Made by a program: the position numbers and the translations under genes. A stretch of 64,000 nt of DNA from a virus: the IMG/VR virus record IMGVR_UViG_3300042549_007727, one strand, 5' to 3'. The notes beneath the pieces were generated by a model. The model had not been told where the DNA came from and did no database searches. It was given only the letters and a program-made list of their open reading frames with translations. Shown piece by piece: positions 1 through 8,755 of the stretch. How positions within the stretch are numbered: position 1 is the first letter of the stretch; every line of letters starts with the position of its first letter.

Positions 1-779
<779 letters not shown>

Positions 780-788
780 TTTTAACTG

Positions 789-821
789 AAAAAGCCCCTC
801 CTGTAATGGGAGGGGTTTTTT
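789..821 (+). terminator. Intrinsic terminator
   Basis: AAAAAGCCCCTCC-TGTAATG-GGAGGGGTTTTTT hairpin with a U-tract. Confidence 0.85.
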
Positions 822-837
822 GTTATAAACTGGAGTA

Positions 838-1422
838 ATGGACGCCCCTATCAAAGTCATTAAAAACTTCATTAAAAAGCCAGAAGTCAAGCTACTGATT
901 GATTACATAGACTACCTAGAGACAAACCACTTAGATGAGTTTGCAAGTGATCACGGGGGTAAACGCTTAGCCTTACAGTTTGGCAAAGAGCTTAATGACT
1001 ACTACGACCGCTGGACGCACTTAAACCTAGACTTAGTCGCGGATAAGCGAGAAGTATTACAGCGCTACTTTAGCCAGATTATTGAAGAAATCCAAGCAAA
1101 CTTCACTGTGACAGATGGGCTATATCCCTGCGTTCTTTGGATTGCAAAGCAGTACCCGGGTGCCATCGTAGAGGTCCATCAGGACACAGACTACGGAAAA
1201 AGCATGCACATTAAGTACACTGGCAGCCTCTATCTAAACACCATGACAAATGGCGGGGAACTTTACTTCGAAGACTTTGACTACACATACAAACCAGAAG
1301 CTGGAGACTTAGTCATATTCCCGTCTCATGAAGCGGGCATGCACGGAGTCCGCGAGATAAACGAAGTTAGATACTCTATCTTGCTGTGGATGACCGACTT
1401 AGATCATTTGGCCCTATCGTGA
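838..1422 (+). CDS. 2OG-Fe(II) oxygenase (prolyl-4-hydroxylase-like)
   Basis: HQD...YLN...GGELYF...PEAGDLVIFPS...HGV...RYS motifs. Confidence 0.85.
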   Translation: MDAPIKVIKNFIKKPEVKLLIDYIDYLETNHLDEFASDHGGKRLALQFGKELNDYYDRWTHLNLDLVADKREVLQRYFSQIIEEIQANFTVTDGLYPCVLWIAKQYPGAIVEVHQDTDYGKSMHIKYTGSLYLNTMTNGGELYFEDFDYTYKPEAGDLVIFPSHEAGMHGVREINEVRYSILLWMTDLDHLALS

Positions 1423-1429
1423 GGAAGTA

Positions 1430-2125
1430 ATGGACGCCCCTATTAAATCTGGCAAAGCTCTTCTCTATGCCCGAGTATCTACTCAGTTGCAGGTTAATGA
1501 TGGAGTGTCGCTGGACGTGCAGGAACGCACGATGGTGAACGCTGCTGAGTTTCATGGCTTTGAGTCGTGGGAGCTGGTGCGTGAGGAGGGCAAGTCCGGT
1601 AAGTCGATTACTGGTAGGCCGGCCCTAACCGATGCGCTGGGGCGACTAAAGCGCAAAGAAGTAGACGCCCTTATTGTTACAAGAATAGACAGACTGGCAA
1701 GGAGTACTACAGACTTTTTGGATATCGTGGATAGGGCCAACAAGGAGGGGTGGAGGTTGATCATGTTGGACCTAAACCTAGACACCTCGACCTACCAGGG
1801 GCGCTTCGTTGTGACGGTGATGTCGGCGCTCGCTGAGATGGAAAGAGGCATAATAGCCGCGCGGCAAAAGGACGTCCATAAGGACCGTCGAGATCGTGGT
1901 ATCGTATGGGGTGTAGACATGGGTCCGAAAAATAAGACGCCTCTTGACATTAAGGAGCGGATTATGCTACAAAGAAACAGTGGACGCGCCTATGGAAAGA
2001 TTGCTGATGAGCTGAACGCTGATGGCATTCCTACGCAGAATGGTAGAAAATGGTACGCGTCAACTGTAAAGAATATAGTAGACGCCGCAACTGAGACAGG
2101 CGATAAGAGTGGCAGTCCCGAGTAA
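1430..2125 (+). CDS. Serine recombinase (resolvase catalytic domain plus short recombinase DNA-binding domain)
   Basis: YARVST catalytic motif, SGKS..RP, RIDRLARS, C-terminal IADELNADGIPT..GRKW. Confidence 0.9.
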   Translation: MDAPIKSGKALLYARVSTQLQVNDGVSLDVQERTMVNAAEFHGFESWELVREEGKSGKSITGRPALTDALGRLKRKEVDALIVTRIDRLARSTTDFLDIVDRANKEGWRLIMLDLNLDTSTYQGRFVVTVMSALAEMERGIIAARQKDVHKDRRDRGIVWGVDMGPKNKTPLDIKERIMLQRNSGRAYGKIADELNADGIPTQNGRKWYASTVKNIVDAATETGDKSGSPE

Positions 2126-2510
2126 AGTAAAAATTGGTGCGCAGATCTTTAAGGTCGAAGAGCGTAGCGTAAAGCAAGACGGCACCCTTAACGATAACTC
2201 TTATGGTTACACTTTGGACCAGGGGAACCTAATAGTAATAGACGCCTCTATCGCCTTCAACAAGAAACAGCAAACGCTCCTACATGAAGTAATTCATGCA
2301 ATAGGTATGGTACATGCTGCAGGAATGAAGCAACCAGACAGTAAAGACGGGTATGAAGTTTGGGAGCATCATTTTATTGGCATTTGGGAGTCCCCTATGC
2401 TACTGTTCATCAAAGACAATCCTGAAGTTATCGCATGGTTGCAACTAGAAGAGGAGCCTGCAAGTGGCCAAAAGAAAGAGTCAAGAGCCGTCAGGCCCAA
2501 GACCAAATAG
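2109..2510 (+). CDS. HEXXH metallopeptidase-like phage protein
   Basis: TLLHEVIHAI motif. Confidence 0.55.
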   Translation: MAVPSKVKIGAQIFKVEERSVKQDGTLNDNSYGYTLDQGNLIVIDASIAFNKKQQTLLHEVIHAIGMVHAAGMKQPDSKDGYEVWEHHFIGIWESPMLLFIKDNPEVIAWLQLEEEPASGQKKESRAVRPKTK

Positions 2511-2796
2511 CGCTTGGATTTGCGAGACCGAGATTCAGGTCAATGGCAGAAACGTTTCTTTTGGGACTGAACTAAAGATTCGTGGCGTCCGGGGAAGATT
2601 TAGGTTTGTAAAGAAAGTCACCACTCCTACCACCGAATGGATAGATGTTTGGGGCGGCCCTAAGGGTTCAGAGTCTATGAGAAGTTTTAGACTGGGGCAG
2701 ATAAAAACGGTGCATTATAAGAATCAGACCGTCGGCAATCTTGCAGTAGAGTACAAAGAGAAGAAAGCCGCAAAGAAAGCAGACCGCGATGGGTAG
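2464..2796 (+). CDS. Hypothetical protein
   Basis: ORF track; GAGGAG RBS; overlaps both neighbours. Confidence 0.65.
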   Translation: MAKRKSQEPSGPRPNSAWICETEIQVNGRNVSFGTELKIRGVRGRFRFVKKVTTPTTEWIDVWGGPKGSESMRSFRLGQIKTVHYKNQTVGNLAVEYKEKKAAKKADRDG

Positions 2797-3742
2797 CAGC
2801 GGTGAAGAGTTTTCTCTAAATAATCTACCTAAGTTCAATATCTTCTCGGATCCTGAAATAGATAAATCTCGTTTTTTTAAAGAACTTTCTAAATTAGAAG
2901 TTGATGAAGACGCTCAAAGTTTGTTTTTAAGTAAGCATGACGACCCTCTTGTGAGAAACTATAGAGACTCAATCAACGAGTACAAACTAAATACTTTGGG
3001 GTATAGGTCGAAAGAGTTTAAGCATGTTCCTCTTGTTACAGCTGGATGTTCTGTAACTTTTGGAGTAGGTGTCCCATATAGTGGTATTTGGTCTACCCTT
3101 CTAGCAGAAACATTAAATTTAGAGCACGTAAACTTAGCTACTCCCGGGTGGGCTGCAGAGTCTATTGTTGACAACTTATTCAGATACTTCTATCAGTATG
3201 GAAATCCTAAAATAGCTGTAGTGCTTTTTCCTGATACCCAACGGGTGACCATGATTTCTGACAGGGACTACTCTGTAGTTAGCCCAGACATGGGGGACCC
3301 CCCCATAAAAATCGTTGAGTCTAGTCTGTATACTACGCCAACAAAAACTAGACCTAATTATTCAAAAAAGCCTCATGATCTTTTGCAGTTTATCCCTCCC
3401 GAGTATGGGGTGTATTCAGCATTTAAAGCAATAAACTCTTTAATAATCTATTGCAAATCAGCTGGGATAGAGTTATTTTGGTCAACTTGGGATCCCGAAA
3501 TGGATTTGCTGGTCTTAGCTGCGAAAGAAGATTGGGCTGCAGATGCATACTCCAACTATGTGTCTTATTCTAAAGACCCCCCTACTACTTGTCATCAAGA
3601 GTTACTAGACCTATTTGGAGAGAATTTCTACTCTGGGTATGATGGAATGCTTGACAAAGAGAGTGTCAATAAGTCTCATCCTGGAGTTCACTATCATGTA
3701 CATGTTTGTGAAACTTTTTATGAGAAAATAAAGCAAAAATAA
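2789..3742 (+). CDS. SGNH/GDSL-like hydrolase-fold protein
   Basis: AGCSVTFG block I, NLATPG, C-terminal HPGVHYH. Confidence 0.6.
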   Translation: MGSSGEEFSLNNLPKFNIFSDPEIDKSRFFKELSKLEVDEDAQSLFLSKHDDPLVRNYRDSINEYKLNTLGYRSKEFKHVPLVTAGCSVTFGVGVPYSGIWSTLLAETLNLEHVNLATPGWAAESIVDNLFRYFYQYGNPKIAVVLFPDTQRVTMISDRDYSVVSPDMGDPPIKIVESSLYTTPTKTRPNYSKKPHDLLQFIPPEYGVYSAFKAINSLIIYCKSAGIELFWSTWDPEMDLLVLAAKEDWAADAYSNYVSYSKDPPTTCHQELLDLFGENFYSGYDGMLDKESVNKSHPGVHYHVHVCETFYEKIKQK

Positions 3743-3780
3743 GCTAAGCTTATTTAATAAAGCAACTGAGGAGATTAAAA

Positions 3781-4218
3781 ATGACAGACGCCCCTATTGT
3801 TAACATCGAAGTACTAGAAGGCGGATACGTTCCTATTTATGCAAGGGATGGAGATGCTGGTTCAGACCTACATGCAAGTGAGGGTGGGTATGTTCCTGCT
3901 GGTGGTCATGTGCTTATGAAGACCGGCATCAAGATTGCGCTTCCTTATGGCTACGTTGGTCTGGTGCACCCTAGGAGTGGATTGGCAATGAAGCAAGGAG
4001 TGACCGTTCTTAATGCTCCTGGAACTATAGACTCGGGCTACAGGGGTGAGGTTGGAGTACTTCTACACAACACATCAACCGTAGACGTCTACATTGCTCC
4101 TGGAGATAGAATTGCTCAGCTGGTTGTGCAGAAAGTTGAGACGGTAGAGTTTAATAGGGTAGACGCCCTTACTGAGTCTGACAGAGGCGAATGCGGATTT
4201 GGCTCTACAGGAGTTTAG
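3781..4218 (+). CDS. dut: Trimeric dUTPase
   Basis: AGSDL, PRSGLA, GTIDSGYRGE, RIAQL, RG..GFGSTG motifs. Confidence 0.97.
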   Translation: MTDAPIVNIEVLEGGYVPIYARDGDAGSDLHASEGGYVPAGGHVLMKTGIKIALPYGYVGLVHPRSGLAMKQGVTVLNAPGTIDSGYRGEVGVLLHNTSTVDVYIAPGDRIAQLVVQKVETVEFNRVDALTESDRGECGFGSTGV

Positions 4219-4905
4219 ATGTTTTATTGTAAGGACGCTGCAGAGAGGTTTCTTGAGAAAGAGTCCGTAGATCTATTTATTGGGCATCCTCCGTACTACA
4301 TGTCGGAGCTGGTGTTTAATGGTGGTGACCCGTCTAAGCAAATGCAAAATGTTGAAAGCTTAGAGGCATACTGGAACAACGTGGCTACGTCTGTGGCTCA
4401 CATGGAGTACGCCTTAAAACCAGATGGTCACATCTTTATTGCTTTAGAAAACACGTATTTAGGTCTTGGTGTCATATCTAAAATAGCCTCTAAAACATCT
4501 TTAGAGCTTCAAAGTATCCGAATGTGGGACTACTCTACATCTCCAAATATGCACGCTGTCAGTACCATAATTTTTGCTCATTATGCTAAAAACGTTTGGG
4601 GTCCGGGAGATGACCCATCCGGTCCGTACATTTTAACTAATTCCTGGGAAGAAGCTGAGCAGGAACTAAAAAAGTATCGAGATGACTATATGACTACTGG
4701 ATCCGCTCCAGCCGGTTTATATCGAGAAATGATAGAAAACTTCTCTAGAGAAGGGGATACAGTTTGCGATTTATTCGCTGGATCTGGTACTGTACCTTTA
4801 GTAGCTATAGAGCTTGGTCGTAAGTTTATTTTTAATGATGTATCTGAAGATAAATTAATTTTAGCTAAAAAGCGTATAAAAGACTTTATGTCGGAGAGGC
4901 AGTAA
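4219..4905 (+). CDS. N6-adenine/N4-cytosine DNA methyltransferase-like protein (beta class)
   Basis: HPPY at the motif IV position; C-terminal DLFAGSGT SAM-binding motif. Confidence 0.75.
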   Translation: MFYCKDAAERFLEKESVDLFIGHPPYYMSELVFNGGDPSKQMQNVESLEAYWNNVATSVAHMEYALKPDGHIFIALENTYLGLGVISKIASKTSLELQSIRMWDYSTSPNMHAVSTIIFAHYAKNVWGPGDDPSGPYILTNSWEEAEQELKKYRDDYMTTGSAPAGLYREMIENFSREGDTVCDLFAGSGTVPLVAIELGRKFIFNDVSEDKLILAKKRIKDFMSERQ

Positions 4906-5120
4906 TGGAGCTATGGTCATGGGTACTTGCTGTCATTGGTGTAGCCGGAATCTACTTTGTTGGTAGGAAAACCCTATGGGGATGGTTTGTCCTCTTATTT
5001 GGTGAAACCATTTGGATAGCTTATGCTATAGCTACAGAGCAATATGGGTTTATAGTTTCTGCTATTGCCTATGGAGCGGTATATATTAGGTCTTACCTTC
5101 ATTGGAAGGCAGATGCTTAA
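4905..5120 (+). CDS. Small membrane protein, PnuC-like half-size
   Basis: Three hydrophobic segments; W-G-W...WIAYA...QYGF pattern. Confidence 0.5.
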   Translation: MELWSWVLAVIGVAGIYFVGRKTLWGWFVLLFGETIWIAYAIATEQYGFIVSAIAYGAVYIRSYLHWKADA

Positions 5121-5125
5121 ACAAA

Positions 5126-5199
5126 CGAGACTTAGCTCAGCTGGTTAGAGCAAACGGCTCATAACCGTTCGGTCGCGGGTTCAAGTCCCGCAGTCTCGA
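5126..5199 (+). tRNA. tRNA with CAT anticodon (elongator Met or Ile2)
   Basis: Cloverleaf: CGAGACT/AGTCTCG acceptor, AACGG-CTCATAA-CCGTT anticodon arm, TTCAAGT T-loop. C1-G72 is paired, so not an initiator. Confidence 0.93.
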
Positions 5200-5212
5200 C
5201 AGAAGAAAGGTT

Positions 5213-5488
5213 TTGAGATACATGATTGAAAAAGGCAACATACGTCAGGTTGCTGAAGCTATAGGTATGTCTCCCCATACCTTATATTCGTGGAGACGAA
5301 TTGGGTTTCTAGAGATGGATGCTGACGGCCAAGTCGAGGTTGCTCATGCCCTAAAGATTAGAGCTTTTATAAAGAAGTGGAAGCGAAGCAACAATCAAAA
5401 AGGCAGGATGCCAGCTTTGTTTAGGGGCGGAATTAATAAGTACCCTGAGACAGCTCTAGTAAAAATTAAAAAAGACTTAAGGCCTTAA
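5213..5488 (+). CDS. MerR-like HTH protein
   Basis: IRQVAEAIGMSPHTLYSWRR. Confidence 0.6.
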   Translation: MRYMIEKGNIRQVAEAIGMSPHTLYSWRRIGFLEMDADGQVEVAHALKIRAFIKKWKRSNNQKGRMPALFRGGINKYPETALVKIKKDLRP

Positions 5489-5489
5489 A

Positions 5490-5562
5490 CCCCGTGTACT
5501 CCAATGGCAGAGAGAGCCGACTTAAAATCGGTACAGTATCGGTTCGAGTCCGATGGCGGGGA
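5490..5562 (+). tRNA. tRNA-Leu(TAA), short variable arm
   Basis: GCCGA-CTTAAAA-TCGGT anticodon arm, ATCGG-TTCGAGT-CCGAT T arm, CCCCGT/GCGGGG acceptor. Confidence 0.85.
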
Positions 5563-5563
5563 C

Positions 5564-5764
5564 ATGGTAAGTAAAAGAAGATCCTTAGCTAAGTCATTGA
5601 CTTGGCGCGTGATTGCAATTGTCAGCACTCTATTGATTGGCTATGCCATGACAGGGAGCTGGGCTTTTGCGCTCTCATTAACTGTGGTGTCTAACCTAAT
5701 TAACTTTGTTTTGTATTACGTGCATGAGCGTGTATGGCTTGGTGTGCGTTGGGGTAGGTCTTGA
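5564..5764 (+). CDS. DUF2061-like small membrane protein
   Basis: RSLAKSLTWR...LYYVHERVW..V.WG. Start moved to ATG 5564 because the upstream part of the listed ORF overlaps the tRNA. Confidence 0.75.
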   Translation: MVSKRRSLAKSLTWRVIAIVSTLLIGYAMTGSWAFALSLTVVSNLINFVLYYVHERVWLGVRWGRS

Positions 5765-6648
5765 AAGCCATATCTGGTTTAGCTCCAGACAGCCCGTCCT
5801 TAACTGATTTAGGTGGCTCGGTTTGGCGCATAAATACTGACAGCCTTCCTATGGCATTTAACCCAGCTGTAGCTAGGGGTGCTAATGGCAGACTAGCAAT
5901 AGTAGCTAGACGCACCAACTATACGCTTGATACAAAGTTTGGATCTTTGAACATTCCTTCAGGAGATCGCTCAGTAGTTAATGCTACATACTTCAGCTTT
6001 CTTGATGATGACCTTAATCCAACAGAGTGGAAAAAGCTTTCTTTCTCTAAGGAGCCAAAGCTAACTAGAGGTGCAGAGGACGCAAGGCTTTTAGTCAGGG
6101 ATAGTGAGTGGTTTTTAAGCGTAGTTATTCTAGAGGACCACACGCCTAGAGCTAGAATAGCTATCTACTCTTTAAATAAAGACTTACATGCAACCCACGT
6201 AAAGACATACCCAGGTGAGGTCGTAGCAACGCCGGAAAAGAATTGGATGACTAAGTTAGAGTCGGAAGCAAATGATTTTGTTTTTGTGTCTGAGCTTCCA
6301 GATAACATTCGTGGTGGTAGTAGCTTAATCCCTTGGGGTGACGGCTACTTAGCTCTGTGCCACAAGACCTATCTAAAAAAGAACTCGTACTATAACCCTA
6401 TGACTTTTGGTATTCATGAGGGGATAGAAAGGACTTACTCTCATTTGTTTGTAGAGTTTGACTCGGATCTAGAAATTAAAGCTGTTTCTAGAGAGTTTTT
6501 TCTTGTTGAAAGGGGCATCGAGTTTGGCACCGGACTTTTGGGGGTAGGAGATGATTTACTGCTAAGTTTTGGCAGAGAAGACAAAGAGGCTTGGTTTGGT
6601 AGGGTACCTAAAGCTGTAGTAGAGGGTCTACTTGGGGATAAAAAATAG
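5761..6648 (+). CDS. Predicted beta-propeller glycosidase/phosphorylase-like protein
   Basis: FNPA, GAEDARL, EKNW, RGGS, IEF..G, SFG..D motifs of GH130/DUF377-like propellers. Confidence 0.55.
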   Translation: MKAISGLAPDSPSLTDLGGSVWRINTDSLPMAFNPAVARGANGRLAIVARRTNYTLDTKFGSLNIPSGDRSVVNATYFSFLDDDLNPTEWKKLSFSKEPKLTRGAEDARLLVRDSEWFLSVVILEDHTPRARIAIYSLNKDLHATHVKTYPGEVVATPEKNWMTKLESEANDFVFVSELPDNIRGGSSLIPWGDGYLALCHKTYLKKNSYYNPMTFGIHEGIERTYSHLFVEFDSDLEIKAVSREFFLVERGIEFGTGLLGVGDDLLLSFGREDKEAWFGRVPKAVVEGLLGDKK

Positions 6649-6718
6649 TAGACGCAAATATTGACAAACCACTAAAAGTACTGTACGTTGTATCTACAAA
6701 GCTAAAGAAAGGCAACAA

Positions 6719-7096
6719 ATGAGTGAAGTACTTTGGATGTGTAACCACTGCAACAAGATTGCTAGCGAAGGCTGGGTATGGCTGCGTGGTGCTGAAATGA
6801 ATAAAGCATATGATGCTCTGCTGGCTGGAGCTGAGTTGGATAAAAGATCCAATGGTGTCTACAGCATGGCTGATCTTATGAGTCTGCCTGAAGGCGGAGA
6901 ATGGTCTATTACATGCTCTAAATGCTACAAAGAAGACATGGAACGTATGAATGACTATGACATCTCTATTGATCGAATCTCTACTGTTCACGATGTTTTA
7001 GATTGGACATTGCACTTAATGAAGAAAAACTGGTTTGAATATACGAACTGGGAAGAGCTTGTTCGTGGAGCTATTCCAGCTAAGTTAGATGCCTAG
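6719..7096 (+). CDS. Hypothetical protein with CxxC pairs
   Basis: Upstream TTGACA promoter at 6661 and AAAGG RBS. Confidence 0.7.
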   Translation: MSEVLWMCNHCNKIASEGWVWLRGAEMNKAYDALLAGAELDKRSNGVYSMADLMSLPEGGEWSITCSKCYKEDMERMNDYDISIDRISTVHDVLDWTLHLMKKNWFEYTNWEELVRGAIPAKLDA

Positions 7097-7098
7097 TA

Positions 7099-7260
7099 AT
7101 GAACGCCCCTATTGTTGAAGAATCAGCATCGGAAAAAACGGTCCTATTTGGATGGTGTATGGATGGGAACGATGAAGAGTGTATAAGGGAGTTTCCTAGG
7201 CACAGATGTAGTTGTGAGTGCCACTCGGCTGACATTCAGAAAAAAGAAGTTGATGTCTAA
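7099..7260 (+). CDS. Small Cys-rich hypothetical protein (53 aa)
   Basis: Hand translation MNAPIVEE...FGWC...C..CSCECH; fills the gap between ORFs. Confidence 0.6.
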   Translation: MNAPIVEESASEKTVLFGWCMDGNDEECIREFPRHRCSCECHSADIQKKEVDV

Positions 7261-7849
7261 TATTCAATCTGTATACACTTTAGTTAAGAATGTCATATCT
7301 AAAGAGCGCTGTAGGCAGATCGCTAAGGAGATGGTAGCTGGCGCTGATCCGGATTTTGATCCTCGTGATGGCTATAGTCACTTTGGTATAGAGTCTAGAG
7401 ACCTTAGGGAGACTCCAGAGAACCTGCCTCATCCGGAGCTAGTAGACGCCATCTCCATTGCTTATAAGCACTTTTTAGAGAACTACGAAATGAACTACAA
7501 CACCTTTGAACTAAAAAGAGCTTTTGGAAATGTAATGGCAACTGGTTCTGAGAATCTTGCTCATGATGATGATGGTGATGTCTACCCGGATAAACCTGAT
7601 GTAGAAGAGCATTACTCATGTATCCTTATGATCAACAGTGACTATGAAGGTGGGGAGTTGTTCTTTGAGCATCACGGGTTAGAGGTGAAGCTGGAAGCAG
7701 GGGACCTAATAATGTTTAGAGGCAATGCTGCCAATCTTCATGGAGTTAGGAAGATAGCCGCTGGAAATAGAGTAAACTATATACTGTTCTTTAGGAATTA
7801 CCATCGAGAACACCCCATGGACCGCGAGGGTTCTATATACCCTTGGTAG
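7253..7849 (+). CDS. 2OG-Fe(II) oxygenase
   Basis: HDD...YEGGELFF...AGDLIMF...HGV...GNR; ATG 7253 preferred as start. Confidence 0.85.
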   Translation: MSNIQSVYTLVKNVISKERCRQIAKEMVAGADPDFDPRDGYSHFGIESRDLRETPENLPHPELVDAISIAYKHFLENYEMNYNTFELKRAFGNVMATGSENLAHDDDGDVYPDKPDVEEHYSCILMINSDYEGGELFFEHHGLEVKLEAGDLIMFRGNAANLHGVRKIAAGNRVNYILFFRNYHREHPMDREGSIYPW

Positions 7850-7864
7850 ACAATCAGGAGAGAA

Positions 7865-8128
7865 ATGAAACTAATAATCAACAAATGCCCTAACGGCTTT
7901 ACGCTGTCAGAAGATCAGGAAAAGAACTTGTTTCCTGGAGTTGCTCTTCAAGATATTCCTCGTCATGATCAGCGGTTGGTGGAGTCTTTTGAAGCTGGAG
8001 ATCGCCGAGGTAATGGCGGCTCTTCATTGATATTGGTTGAGATCCCAGACGGTGCCACCTATAAGGTTGTGAATCAGCAGGGCTACGAGACTCTTTATTG
8101 GTCTGAGTCAAACATAGAAACTGTGTAG
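7865..8128 (+). CDS. Hypothetical phage protein
   Basis: AGGAG RBS; INKC..GF.LS...RHD..LV...VEIPD pattern. Confidence 0.7.
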   Translation: MKLIINKCPNGFTLSEDQEKNLFPGVALQDIPRHDQRLVESFEAGDRRGNGGSSLILVEIPDGATYKVVNQQGYETLYWSESNIETV

Positions 8129-8134
8129 GTTAGC

Positions 8135-8755
8135 ATGCCTGTAATTATTACTAAGAACTTCATAAGTCAAGCGGATTGTAAGAGATACGCCGCGTTTCTT
8201 GACGAGCATACGTCTGTTGGTCGCTTTGATGAAATCTTAACTGCTCTTGGCTACGAGAGCTCTATGCAAGCTTCTACTGTATCTAAAGAGACTGGAGTGC
8301 TGTTTGGCAATGAAAGCCCAATAAACAAGGAGTTGGGCGCTGTTTTTGATGAAGCTAAAAGCACTGCGCAGCAAAACTTTAATATGGAACTAGATTTATG
8401 TAATGCTAACTACGCTGTTATGCTTCCTGGTGGAAGTATTCCCCTACACTCTGACACTACAAAATTAGATGGAAGTCCTATTCAAAAAGACGGATCTCCT
8501 GAGGAGATAGAACGAAGCGGTATTTTATATCTAAATACTCAGGGTGTAGATTTCGAGGGAGGAACTTTATCTTTCCCGGAACTTGAAATAGAGTACACCC
8601 CTGAAGCCGGAGACTTAGTTATCTTTGAGTCAGATCTAAAACATAGACATGATGTAGCGGAAGTGCTTTCTGGTCGCAGGGAGACTATTGTGTTTTTCTG
8701 GGGAAGAAAAGGCAACATCTCTGATAGAAACTTTATGGACGTGGACTACAACTAA
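8135..8755 (+). CDS. 2OG-Fe(II) oxygenase
   Basis: LHSD...LYLN...FEGG.L.FP...AGDLVIF...H.V..V.SGRR. Confidence 0.85.
   Translation: MPVIITKNFISQADCKRYAAFLDEHTSVGRFDEILTALGYESSMQASTVSKETGVLFGNESPINKELGAVFDEAKSTAQQNFNMELDLCNANYAVMLPGGSIPLHSDTTKLDGSPIQKDGSPEEIERSGILYLNTQGVDFEGGTLSFPELEIEYTPEAGDLVIFESDLKHRHDVAEVLSGRRETIVFFWGRKGNISDRNFMDVDYN

Noticed and set aside
1430-2125. Integrase with att site, or prophage boundary
   Set aside because: Too short for a large serine integrase; no att-like repeats or host genes are visible in the window.
5504-5563. N-terminal extension of ORF 5504..5764
   Set aside because: Overlaps tRNA-Leu; the real start is most likely ATG 5564.
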